DNA of 52,737 nucleotides from Oscillatoriales cyanobacterium CG2_30_44_21 (lineage in GTDB: Bacteria; Cyanobacteriota; Cyanobacteriia; Pseudanabaenales; Pseudanabaenaceae). Both the position numbers and the translations under genes were made by a program. The stretch covers positions 1 to 52,737 of the forward strand of contig MNZA01000129.1 in NCBI GenBank assembly GCA_001873375.1. Direction: 5' to 3'. Position 1 is the stretch's first letter; each line of letters opens with the position of its first letter. The notes under the pieces are model-generated. The model was not told the origin of the DNA, searched no databases, and saw only the letters and a list, made by a program, of their open reading frames with translations. Below, piece by piece: positions 40,298-50,141 of the stretch.

Positions 40298-43200
40298 ATG
40301 AACTCGGAACAACAACAGCAGCGTATCATCGGCTACTTTATCGAAGAAGCCCGTGAACATCTTCAAACAATTGAACAAGGAGTTCTCAACCTCCAAAATA
40401 TTCTTGAAGACTCGGAATCAATTAATGAGGTTTTTCGAGCGGCTCACTCAATTAAAGGAGGAGCCGCTATGTTGGGCGTCGGTAGTGTGCAGCACGTTGC
40501 TCACCGACTAGAAGACTTTTTTAAGATTATTAAAGATACGCCCAGCATCAAGGTTGATGAGCGATTAACCAGTTTATTACTGGCGGGCTTTGATCCCCTT
40601 GAAGAATTGCTAGATGAGTTGGAGGGCAACTTTAAGGTTTCGGAAGAGTCCACGAATGTGGCAATTAGCCGCGTCAAACCGATCTTTAATGAGTTAGAGG
40701 CTTACCTCAATCAGCTAGTAACGGAAGCTGACGAATCTGAAGGTCAAGTCACTTTTGAAGAATCGACAAGCGATCAAGAAATAGATGATCTTTTTGAAGA
40801 ATCTGAGATAGCGCCTTCTCAAGAGTCAATATTTCAAGAAGAAATCACTACGAAAATGCGGGATATGCTGCAACTCTTCCGTAGCGAAGATGATGTGGAC
40901 AGCCGATCGCAGTTACAAGAAATTTGCAACTATTTTCAACAGATTGGAAATCAGTTCAACCTCAGAAACTGGTCGAGTCTGGTTACTCAAGTTAAAAATG
41001 CGATCGCGCAGCCCAGCAACTCATACAGAACTCTCGCACCCATCGTAATTAGAGAATTAAAAGAATCTCAAGATTTGGTGTTAGCCAAGCGGGAAGAAGA
41101 GATTGTGGTTTCGGCGAAGATGCAAAGTTTACTGCCCTATCGCTTTGCGGAGCCAGAAGACGATGAAATTAGCACCATCTTTACGACCGCAGCTTCCAAT
41201 GTTTTTGATGAACCAATTATCAATGAATGGCAAACTGAACCTAAAATTGCGGAACCATCAATCATTGAGCGACCAATTAGTGATGTTATAGATCCTGACA
41301 TTGATATAGATCTGTTCGCAGATGGGGAAGACGATCAAATTGCTAGCCTTGTCTCGATTGCTGATAGCGAATCGACAGAGTTGGATTGGATTGATGGTGA
41401 CTATGAAATCACGGACAATTCACACATTGATGGGCCCAAGGTTGGCGCATCAGAGCTAAAGTCGCTAGCAGTTCTATTTGAAAATGATGATATTGACTTT
41501 GAATCTGCTTGGGAAGACATGGAGTCTAATGAATCTCAAATTCAAAATCAAAGCTTAGGCAGTGACCACAATAATCAAGATGATTTTGCGGATTTACTCA
41601 CCGATCAGATGTCTGAGTCTGATGATTTTGACTTGTCTTTGAGCAGTAACCCTACTAGTGGATCTAGTATTGAGCAATTATTTGGTGAATTTCCTAGCAA
41701 TGATAGTGCGCTGAGTGAGAGCGATGCGCTATTCCCAGAGGATTTAGATAACTCTGCGGATCAAAATGAGCAAGATTTAGGATTTGAAGTTAGCGATCGC
41801 GGCGAGATTGATTCAGAAAGTACAACTTCTGAAATGTCTGTAGACATTTTTTGGGAACAGCCTGTAGAGACTGATTTGCCAGTAAGTACAATTGACGATA
41901 TCAGTACTGAAGATATTTCGGGAATTGATTTTAGTGAGAGTGTGGACAGTTTTGAAGCACTCCCTAGCTTGAGTGATTATTCGGTCGCAGGCGATCAAAT
42001 TGATTTTGATGGTTTATTCACAGAGTCTTCAGTTAACGGGCAGAATGAAGACTTTGATTTTGGTGGGGAAATGATTGATCAAACCGATCATAAAATTGAT
42101 TACGTTGAATCCTCTCAATTTGAACATATTTCTCAGACCCTCATGGAATTTGATGAGGTTGATCTGAGCGAGCCTGAAATGAATAGTTCCAATTCATCTG
42201 AGGTTGTAGCAGATGAATTGGAACCTTTAACTAGTGAAGCTTTCTTTGCCTCTCTTGCAGAGCAAGATCAGGATATTACCTTTGAAGATGAATTAGCTCA
42301 GGAGATTAGCGAAAGCGAATTTAGCAATGAGATTGGCATTGGTGAGGATGAATCTGATATTTCTGATGATGATATTCCCAATGATCCATTTGCTCTGACC
42401 ACCTCTGAAGAAAGAATGACTCTGCTTGACGATCCTTTCATGATTGATGAAAGCCTTGATCAAGTTTTGTTGGAAAATGCCGAGTTAGCCGAAGAATTGC
42501 CAATTAGCTCAGATGCAAATGTAGAAGCAAACATTAGTGATTCTGACATCAACATCTTTGACGAGTTGGGATTTGATAGTGATGACTTTGAGGAGAGTGA
42601 GGAGCTTACTAGTTTGCAAGATAGCGAAGGGGGAGCGGGGATAGATGAGTTTGGCTTGAGCCTATCTGAAGCAGGATCTTTCTTAGATGATTTGTCAGAC
42701 GATCCAGTTATCAAAGATTCGCCTGTAATGGAAAAAGTTGATAGCATCAGCGCTCTTGGCGATTTCTTTGATGATCCTAGTGATATTGATGAAGATAGCA
42801 ATTCTATTAGTATCGCAGATATCACCGATGTAAATGCTGAATTTAATGAACTCGATCTAGTCAGTCATGGGGAAGTTGTAGATAAAGTCGAAGATTTCTT
42901 GACTGGCGATCGCGATAGCATAGAACAGCCACAGATTGAACTCAATGTAATGGAGATGTTGGATGCTGAGAATGATTCTGAAGTTTCTCGTGTAGAAGAG
43001 ATTGAAGACTTCGAGATTGATTTTAATGACGGATCTGAAGCTGATAACGTTGATTTAGGCTTACTGGAAACTGATGCCCATTTAGATGATCAAGTAGTCG
43101 AGGGCGTGGCTGTAAACGAAGAATTTGATAGCATTAGCACCCTTGGCGACTTCTTTAATAATCCTAACGATATTGAAGAAGATGTTAGTTCTATTAGTGT

Positions 43201-46200
43201 CACCAATGCAGACATTACCGATCTCAATGATGAATTTAACGAGCTAATTATCTATGGTGAAAATGTAGATGAAGTAGAAGATTTCTTGACTGGTGATCGC
43301 ATGGACATTGAGCAACCACAGTTGGCAAGCAATGTGATGGAGATGCTTGATGTTGTAGATGATTATGGAATCTCTAGCACCAGTGACTTAGAAGACTTCT
43401 TTGCCGATCCTGAAGTAAATGAAGATTCGTCTCTGGATTGGGCGAATGTCAGTGAATCAAGCATTATTTCAGAAGACATAGAAGATGCTGATCCTGAAGA
43501 AAGTTTAATAGACTTTGCCGCAGATTTGGAAACCGATGCGGCTCTTGCTATTACTGATGAGTTGGTTAGCTTTGACAAATTCATGGAACAGGACTCCACC
43601 GTGGATATTGCCGATATTGACTCTGGAAGTTCAGACAATATTGAAACCAGTTTTGAAAGTTCTGTTTTAGATTTTGCAGATTTAGATATGACTGATGTTG
43701 ATTCAAACGCAGACTTTTTAGAGCAAGCGGATCTTTCTGAGGATTCAGATTTAGTGAGCCTCTTTGCCAGCGATGGAGAAGATGAGTTGAGTCTGCTCGA
43801 GAATAATTTCGATGATGGTTTTGATGATGCGCGATCGCCTGTTCAACTAGAGGACAACATCCCCGATCAAGAATTTAGCTTCGACATCAATGATGAGAAT
43901 GGTGAAAGTACTGATATTGACAATGGTAATGGTGATATCACCGTTGGTTCGACTTTGGACAGCTTGGCGGATTTCTTTCAGGGTGAGAGCGAAACTGAGG
44001 CAGATGTCTTATCAGGAAGTTCTAATAGTGAAGTGGAACCTGACCTGCTCTTTGATGATAATTATGAGATAGGCGCACAGTTTGATGACTTTGCTAACGA
44101 CTCAGTTGACCTTGGCGATGAAGATAATGATATTCAATTTGAAGACATTAATAGCAACTCATCGGACGCAGATAATTTGTTACAAAATGTCTATCCCATA
44201 TATCAAGAAGAACTTAATGGTATTGATGATGACTTTAACTTTGATGATCTAGAAGAAATGATCGGTAGTCAATCCACGCAGGGAAATCTCGAAGTTGCTG
44301 TTCCTAGTCACTCATCTTTTGACTCTCAGGGGGAAGATTCATCTATTCAAGATGATTCTTTGACCGATATTATCAGTGACGACATGAATTTTGATGATTT
44401 AGAAGCTCTGTTAAGTGAATCCTCAGATTTGCCAGCTTCAGCAGATTTTAATCGAGGACTAGAACCTGAACCATCAAAGCCAAGTGATGACTTTGACGAG
44501 TTAGAGAATATGCTTCAGTCCGCATTTGCTAAAGATGTTGGACCAATCAAAACGAAGGCAGCTAATCGCGCACCCGCCGTAGCTCGCAAACCAAGGCTGA
44601 CAGATTCGACAATGCGTGTCGATGTCAAGTACCTTGACAGTTTAAATAATTTGGTTGGGGAACTGGTTGTCAACCGTAATCTGCTTGAACAGGATCAAGA
44701 GAGACTACAGCAATTTATTACGAATCTGCTCCATCAAGTTCAGCTTTTGAGTGATGTGTCCCAAAAGATGCGCGATGAGTATGATAAATCTTTGTTAGAG
44801 GCTTCTTTGAGTGCGGGACGTAGTCGTTCTTTTAGTGTTCTTGACAGTTCCTATGCAAATGATAGTGGGAGTTCAGTTAGCTCAGTTAGCCGAGATTTTG
44901 AGGGAATTGAATTTGACCGATATAATAAGTTCCACATTCTATCACAGGAGATTATTGAGCTAATCGTCAGGGTGCGTGAGTCTGCCTCTGACATTGAGTT
45001 TGTAGTTGGTGAAACCGATCAGGTGACGCGCCAATTGGGAACTATTACGACCCAAATCCAAGACGATTTGAAGCAGTCACGCATGGTTCCCTTTGCCCAG
45101 ATTGCCGATCGCTTGCCTAGAGGTATTCGCGATCGCGCTCTTAAGACTGGTAAACAGGCGGAACTAGAAATCTTCGGTCGAGAAACTCTCATCGATAAAG
45201 CTATTTTAGAATCCCTAACCGATCCACTGACCCACCTCGTTAACAATGCGATCGATCATGGTTTAGAAGATCCTGCCACTAGACAAGAGGGCGGCAAAGT
45301 CGGTACAGGACATCTCACCGTCAGAGCCTATCACCAAGGGAACCAGACGGTAATCTCCATTAGTGACGATGGCGCGGGTATTGATCCGCAAAAGGTGAAG
45401 AAGAGTGCTGTGGCTAAACGGGTGCGGACTCAATCGGAAGTTGATCAGCTTATTGATACTGAGGTATACGCATTATTGTTTGAGCCAGGCTTTAGCACGG
45501 CGGCTCAGGCTGATGAGTTTAAGGGTCGCGGTGTAGGGCTTGATGTGGTCAAAACCTGCCTTGACGATATCCGCGGTGTGATTATTGTCGAATCAGAGAT
45601 TGGCAGGGGAACCACCTTCACGATCCGCTTGCCATTGACCTTGAGTATTTCTAAAGCAATGTTCTGTATTAGCGATCGCGCCCGAATTGCCTTCCCTGTC
45701 GATGGATTTGAAGATATGGTGGAAGTGCCACAGAGTCAGATCATTCTCAATGAGAAGGGTCAGCCATGCTTACCTTGGCGGGATACGCTCCTTCCTTTCC
45801 AACATCTTTCCAACTTGCTTGCCTATAGCCGCCACCTCAGTCGCAGCAGCATTTACGGTAAGCAAGAGAATGATGAACTCTGCATTATCATCCTTCGCAA
45901 TGATACTAATTACCTAGCTTTGCAGGTAGACCAATTCCTCGGTGAATATGAAATTGTCATTAAGCAGCTAGAGGGACCTATTCCTCAACCTGCGGGGATC
46001 GCAGGAGCTACGGTCTTAGGGGATGGTCGGGTCATGGCGATCGCCAACGTGTTAGAACTATTCGACATAGCCAGTGGCAGGTTGCGTCCTTCCACTTCTA
46101 GCATCGTGCCACAGGTTATGATCGAAGAAGATGTGGCAGTAGACCCGACAGTTCTAATTGTGGATGACTCAATTACGGTGCGCGAACTTCTATCCTTGAC

Positions 46201-46525
46201 CTTTGCCAAGGTCGGCTATCGTGTCGAACAAGCTAAAGATGGTCAGGATGCATGGGAAAAGCTCCGCGCTGGCTTACCCTGCGATATGATTTTCTGCGAC
46301 ATTGAGATGCCGAGAATGGATGGTTTAGATCTGCTCTCAAGACTACAAAAGGATGCTCGCTTGAAGGATATTCCTGTAGCGATGTTGACTTCCCGTGGAG
46401 CTGATCGCCATCGTCAGTCTGCAATTCAATTAGGCGCAAAGGGTTACTTTACTAAGCCATATCTGGAAGAAGAGTTACTAAGTGCATCGAAGCGTCTCTT
46501 GGCTGGAGAAACTCTGCCTATCTAA
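40298..46525 (+). CDS. pilL: CheA-like hybrid kinase (PilL/HmpE type) with very long acidic linker
   Basis: Hpt FRAAHSIKGGA; HLVNNAIDHG; GRGVGLD; CheW and REC domains. Confidence 0.9.
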   Translation: MNSEQQQQRIIGYFIEEAREHLQTIEQGVLNLQNILEDSESINEVFRAAHSIKGGAAMLGVGSVQHVAHRLEDFFKIIKDTPSIKVDERLTSLLLAGFDPLEELLDELEGNFKVSEESTNVAISRVKPIFNELEAYLNQLVTEADESEGQVTFEESTSDQEIDDLFEESEIAPSQESIFQEEITTKMRDMLQLFRSEDDVDSRSQLQEICNYFQQIGNQFNLRNWSSLVTQVKNAIAQPSNSYRTLAPIVIRELKESQDLVLAKREEEIVVSAKMQSLLPYRFAEPEDDEISTIFTTAASNVFDEPIINEWQTEPKIAEPSIIERPISDVIDPDIDIDLFADGEDDQIASLVSIADSESTELDWIDGDYEITDNSHIDGPKVGASELKSLAVLFENDDIDFESAWEDMESNESQIQNQSLGSDHNNQDDFADLLTDQMSESDDFDLSLSSNPTSGSSIEQLFGEFPSNDSALSESDALFPEDLDNSADQNEQDLGFEVSDRGEIDSESTTSEMSVDIFWEQPVETDLPVSTIDDISTEDISGIDFSESVDSFEALPSLSDYSVAGDQIDFDGLFTESSVNGQNEDFDFGGEMIDQTDHKIDYVESSQFEHISQTLMEFDEVDLSEPEMNSSNSSEVVADELEPLTSEAFFASLAEQDQDITFEDELAQEISESEFSNEIGIGEDESDISDDDIPNDPFALTTSEERMTLLDDPFMIDESLDQVLLENAELAEELPISSDANVEANISDSDINIFDELGFDSDDFEESEELTSLQDSEGGAGIDEFGLSLSEAGSFLDDLSDDPVIKDSPVMEKVDSISALGDFFDDPSDIDEDSNSISIADITDVNAEFNELDLVSHGEVVDKVEDFLTGDRDSIEQPQIELNVMEMLDAENDSEVSRVEEIEDFEIDFNDGSEADNVDLGLLETDAHLDDQVVEGVAVNEEFDSISTLGDFFNNPNDIEEDVSSISVTNADITDLNDEFNELIIYGENVDEVEDFLTGDRMDIEQPQLASNVMEMLDVVDDYGISSTSDLEDFFADPEVNEDSSLDWANVSESSIISEDIEDADPEESLIDFAADLETDAALAITDELVSFDKFMEQDSTVDIADIDSGSSDNIETSFESSVLDFADLDMTDVDSNADFLEQADLSEDSDLVSLFASDGEDELSLLENNFDDGFDDARSPVQLEDNIPDQEFSFDINDENGESTDIDNGNGDITVGSTLDSLADFFQGESETEADVLSGSSNSEVEPDLLFDDNYEIGAQFDDFANDSVDLGDEDNDIQFEDINSNSSDADNLLQNVYPIYQEELNGIDDDFNFDDLEEMIGSQSTQGNLEVAVPSHSSFDSQGEDSSIQDDSLTDIISDDMNFDDLEALLSESSDLPASADFNRGLEPEPSKPSDDFDELENMLQSAFAKDVGPIKTKAANRAPAVARKPRLTDSTMRVDVKYLDSLNNLVGELVVNRNLLEQDQERLQQFITNLLHQVQLLSDVSQKMRDEYDKSLLEASLSAGRSRSFSVLDSSYANDSGSSVSSVSRDFEGIEFDRYNKFHILSQEIIELIVRVRESASDIEFVVGETDQVTRQLGTITTQIQDDLKQSRMVPFAQIADRLPRGIRDRALKTGKQAELEIFGRETLIDKAILESLTDPLTHLVNNAIDHGLEDPATRQEGGKVGTGHLTVRAYHQGNQTVISISDDGAGIDPQKVKKSAVAKRVRTQSEVDQLIDTEVYALLFEPGFSTAAQADEFKGRGVGLDVVKTCLDDIRGVIIVESEIGRGTTFTIRLPLTLSISKAMFCISDRARIAFPVDGFEDMVEVPQSQIILNEKGQPCLPWRDTLLPFQHLSNLLAYSRHLSRSSIYGKQENDELCIIILRNDTNYLALQVDQFLGEYEIVIKQLEGPIPQPAGIAGATVLGDGRVMAIANVLELFDIASGRLRPSTSSIVPQVMIEEDVAVDPTVLIVDDSITVRELLSLTFAKVGYRVEQAKDGQDAWEKLRAGLPCDMIFCDIEMPRMDGLDLLSRLQKDARLKDIPVAMLTSRGADRHRQSAIQLGAKGYFTKPYLEEELLSASKRLLAGETLPI

Positions 46526-46627
46526 TGGCGTTTATTTGAGGTACAGCGCTTTAAGTTTAAACCTGAGCCATTAACTTTGAAAGCGTTGCTTTACAACGCT
46601 TTCAAAGTTAATGGCTTTACATCAGTC

Positions 46628-47137
46628 CTAGCCCTGTGTCATTTTAGTAATGAAGAGATCGCTGTCGATCGCAAATAGAGAGGGCATATTTTGGGTAGGA
46701 AGGGTCATGGAATTGATGTAGTCAACTTTCCAGTGTTGGCTGTAGGTTCGCGGTAAGGGAACTAATTGATTTAGGGCAATTTTTTGAAGTGCTGGCTGTG
46801 AGTTACTTAGCACACCTACCAATTTGTCAGCATCACCCCGAACCACAATTAAAGAGGGTTTTGAAGAGACGATCGCACCATTGGCAACCAGTTGAGGGAT
46901 TTTGCTCGTCTGAGTTTTATTTTGACCAAATAATATTTTGCCAAGGTCAACGATCGCCACTTTCTGCCCTGCAAAGGTTAATTTCGGAATGTGCTTTTCT
47001 AAGGGAATCACGCGATAAATCGATTCGATTGGTAAAATAAACCAACCAAGGCGCAGGCGAAAAGCCACATATTGCTTGTCTGGTGCAGATTTTAATCCTG
47101 ATAGTCGTTGCGATCGCAAAGAGGAGATAGCTGGCAT
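46628..47137 (-). CDS. cheW: CheW-like protein
   Basis: YVAFRL...WFILPIESIYRV; last gene of the chemosensory cluster. Confidence 0.72.
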   Translation of the reverse strand: MPAISSLRSQRLSGLKSAPDKQYVAFRLRLGWFILPIESIYRVIPLEKHIPKLTFAGQKVAIVDLGKILFGQNKTQTSKIPQLVANGAIVSSKPSLIVVRGDADKLVGVLSNSQPALQKIALNQLVPLPRTYSQHWKVDYINSMTLPTQNMPSLFAIDSDLFITKMTQG

Positions 47138-47181
47138 AGTTTTATTACTGGTTATGGGATTTTTTCAGGGTAGGGTTAACT

Positions 47182-49983
47182 CTATCCTTTGGATTGGGAT
47201 ACGAGTTGCGATAATGTTTGGAGCAGTTCGTTATCTTTAAAAGGCTTGGCAAAGTAAGCGGATGCTCCTAAACGGATTGCCAAATCTCGATGTTTTGTGC
47301 CACTGCGAGAAGTCAGCATGATCACAGGAATATCTTTGCAAACAAAGTCATTGCGGGACTGTGCTAAGAATCCAAATCCGTCCAGTCTAGGCATTTCGAT
47401 ATCACAGATTACGGCGCTAACTCGAGACTTTTCTGAGAGCGTTTGCAGCTTTTTCAATTTCTCCATCGCTTCCATGCCATCTTTTGCCTGTTCGACGCGA
47501 TAGCCAGATTTTTCGAGGGTCATTGCCAAAAATCGCCGCACGTTAATGGAATCATCGACAACCAAAACAGTGGTTCGGCGATCGCCACGCTCAGAGGGTA
47601 AAGTGAGGCTTTTATTGGGGATTTCATTGATTTTAGAGACTGCCCAAGTTAGCAATCCATCAATATCCACTAGCGGCACAAGTCTGCCGCCGCCCAAGAT
47701 TGCACAGCCCATAAATCCCGCAGGCATAGGGATTAAGCTCTGTACGCCGCGAATTGTGACTTCTTGTTCACCCCAGTATCGATCCACTTGCAGACCAAAG
47801 GGAACATTGTTTTGAGCGACAATTAGTAGCAGTGGCTGATCGACAGTCGGGCGGTTTTCGGTCACCGATTGGAATTGGGGACGGGAAAACTGTAAGCGAT
47901 CGCCTAGCTTTAAAACTGGTACAGAATATCCTTCCCAATCAATTACTTCTTGATTGGCAACTATATGGATAGAAGTATCGCGAATTAAGAGAATCTCTTC
48001 GACGGCACTGGTGGGAATTGCCATTTGCAAGCCATTCACTTCAAATAATAGTACTCGCGCAATTGACAAGGAAACTGGCACATTGAGAATAAAGCTAGTT
48101 CCCTGTCCTGCCTCAGTCTGCACACGGATATTGCCGCCGATTAAGTTCAAGTTAGATCTCACCACATCCAGCCCCACGCCGCGCCCCGACAGTTCGGTAA
48201 TGCTTTCGGCGGTGCTAAATCCTGCTTCAAAAATTAAATCCAGCAGTTCCGCTTCACTTGATTGATTTAGTTCTTCTTCACTAAATCCCATCCGCAAAGC
48301 GCGATCACGTAACTTTGCAAAATTAATGCCATTACCATCATCGCTAATCGTAATTACAGTCTGATTACCTCGATAGCCCGCCGCAATTTCGATCTTACCT
48401 TGAGGCGGTTTCCCCGCCGCAATTCGCGCTTGGGGAGATTCGATCCCATGATCGAAGGCATTGCGAAGTAAATGCAAGAGGGGATCTTCTAAGATTTCTA
48501 AAACCGATCGCTCTACTAAAGTCGAGCCGCCGCGCAATACCAGTTCGACTTGCTTACTATGAGCTAAAGATAGGTCGCGAAGCAATCGCGGGAATCTTCC
48601 TAAAACTTCATTAAGCATCTTCATTCTCGCTTGCTCAAGGGCAGTTTGCATTTGCCGAGAGGCGCGTCCTAGCTCGCGTTCCACACCTTCAGTGTCGGTT
48701 AAGGCTGTTTCCAAATCGCTAGAAACCTCTTGCAACTGCACCACACTATCCATGATTTCCCGTGACAGAACGTGCAGATCACTGTAACGATCCATTTCTA
48801 GAAGGTCAAAGCGGCTGGTATCAGGCAGAAATGAATTATTGGCAGGGTTTAGCTTGCTCTGCCCGATCGCCACGGTAGGAACAAACACCTCAGAGGAAGT
48901 AGCCACGCGATCATAGACTTCCCTAAGCTGGGCGTTGGACTGTTCTAGTCCATGCATTCTGTTGTTCAAAAGCTGCACCAAGTCGCGCATTCTTTTCAGT
49001 TGCAGCCTCAAGCCACTGCGTTCGGCATTCAATTCTCCAAAGCGATCGCTAAGGGCTTCTAGCTGACGCAAAGGAATCCGAATAGTAGACTCTGAGCTAG
49101 TTTCATCCGCAATCTTCACTCCTAAATCGGCAGTAACCATTACTTCTGTTTGCCGATTATCTAAGGGCAACTTTTCTAGTGGCGACAAGTCCGCCGATAG
49201 CTTGAAATGTTCGGGCAGTAGTTGAAATTGGCTAACTAAAACTAATGCTTGCGATCGCCGCCACATATCAAGAGCGGCTGTTGTTACCTGCGTGAGATTA
49301 GCCTCTGGATCAGCGAGGGCTTGACGAATCTCTTCGCATAGCTTAGTAAAGGCTGGCAATTCCAACATCTCTCCTAGGCAACCGAATTCTTGACTGGTCA
49401 GTTCAAACTCTTCCCGCAGCACTTTGGAGTTAGGATCGGCGATCACTTCCGTAAGTCTATGGAGGCAAGCATCAACTTCTGTCGAGAACATCAAGATCCG
49501 CATATCCTGCCCCGCTTCTTCCGATAGCAGACTCGCCTCCTGCTGCGCCGACAAGTCTCCTAAAATTTCATGCAACTGGTTAAAGGGTGGATGAATATGC
49601 TCTGCTAACCATTGCGGCTCAGGGTTATGGCGCTGCTTATGGATATTGGCGACCTTATTCATGCCATCGATCGCGCCTAAAAATAGACTTTCCACTTCCG
49701 AGGCGATCGCAGTTTGTTGATTAGCCTGCAAAATTTTAATAAAATCTTCTAATCGATGCGCCATTTTACTAAGGGAATGGAAGCCCATCATCCCTGCGCC
49801 GCCTTTCATGGAGTGGGCAGCGCGTAAAATCTTATCAATCGCTGATTTTTGTAAACCGCGATCGCTCAGTCCCAATAATTCCGACTCGATATCCGCCAAA
49901 AAATCCCTAGTTTCATCAAGAAACAGCAATCGCACATCCCACTCGCGATCGCTCAGTGTACTCGCTGATATATCGGCTGCCAT
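47182..49983 (-). CDS. cheA: CheA-like hybrid kinase (PixL/PtxE-like); start trimmed from 50133
   Basis: LRAAHSMKGGA, HLLRNAFDHG, GRGVGLD, REC; GAGGT upstream of the ATG at 49983. Confidence 0.9.
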   Translation of the reverse strand: MAADISASTLSDREWDVRLLFLDETRDFLADIESELLGLSDRGLQKSAIDKILRAAHSMKGGAGMMGFHSLSKMAHRLEDFIKILQANQQTAIASEVESLFLGAIDGMNKVANIHKQRHNPEPQWLAEHIHPPFNQLHEILGDLSAQQEASLLSEEAGQDMRILMFSTEVDACLHRLTEVIADPNSKVLREEFELTSQEFGCLGEMLELPAFTKLCEEIRQALADPEANLTQVTTAALDMWRRSQALVLVSQFQLLPEHFKLSADLSPLEKLPLDNRQTEVMVTADLGVKIADETSSESTIRIPLRQLEALSDRFGELNAERSGLRLQLKRMRDLVQLLNNRMHGLEQSNAQLREVYDRVATSSEVFVPTVAIGQSKLNPANNSFLPDTSRFDLLEMDRYSDLHVLSREIMDSVVQLQEVSSDLETALTDTEGVERELGRASRQMQTALEQARMKMLNEVLGRFPRLLRDLSLAHSKQVELVLRGGSTLVERSVLEILEDPLLHLLRNAFDHGIESPQARIAAGKPPQGKIEIAAGYRGNQTVITISDDGNGINFAKLRDRALRMGFSEEELNQSSEAELLDLIFEAGFSTAESITELSGRGVGLDVVRSNLNLIGGNIRVQTEAGQGTSFILNVPVSLSIARVLLFEVNGLQMAIPTSAVEEILLIRDTSIHIVANQEVIDWEGYSVPVLKLGDRLQFSRPQFQSVTENRPTVDQPLLLIVAQNNVPFGLQVDRYWGEQEVTIRGVQSLIPMPAGFMGCAILGGGRLVPLVDIDGLLTWAVSKINEIPNKSLTLPSERGDRRTTVLVVDDSINVRRFLAMTLEKSGYRVEQAKDGMEAMEKLKKLQTLSEKSRVSAVICDIEMPRLDGFGFLAQSRNDFVCKDIPVIMLTSRSGTKHRDLAIRLGASAYFAKPFKDNELLQTLSQLVSQSKG

Positions 49984-50036
49984 ATCGACCTCAAAATTAA
50001 ATTGTTTATTGATGTGTTGCGAGGAAGCTCGAAACG

Positions 50037-50127
50037 CCCTCACCCCTAGCCCCTCTCCCGTAGGAGAGGGGAACAAGAAATAATATGAGTCTTGCTCCCC
50101 TTCTCCTGCGGGAGAAGGGGATGAGGG
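50037..50127. repeat. CCCCTCTCC-N-GGAGAGGGG type double-hairpin repeat
   Basis: cccctctcc-cgta-ggagagggg and ccccttctcc-tgcg-ggagaagggg, bounded by ccctca / tgaggg. Confidence 0.75.
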
Positions 50128-50141
50128 TTCCACTTATCTAA

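Noticed and set aside
49984-50133. N-terminal extension of CheA (PSPAGEG...)
   Set aside because: It is a translation of the double-hairpin repeat; an RBS precedes ATG 49983.
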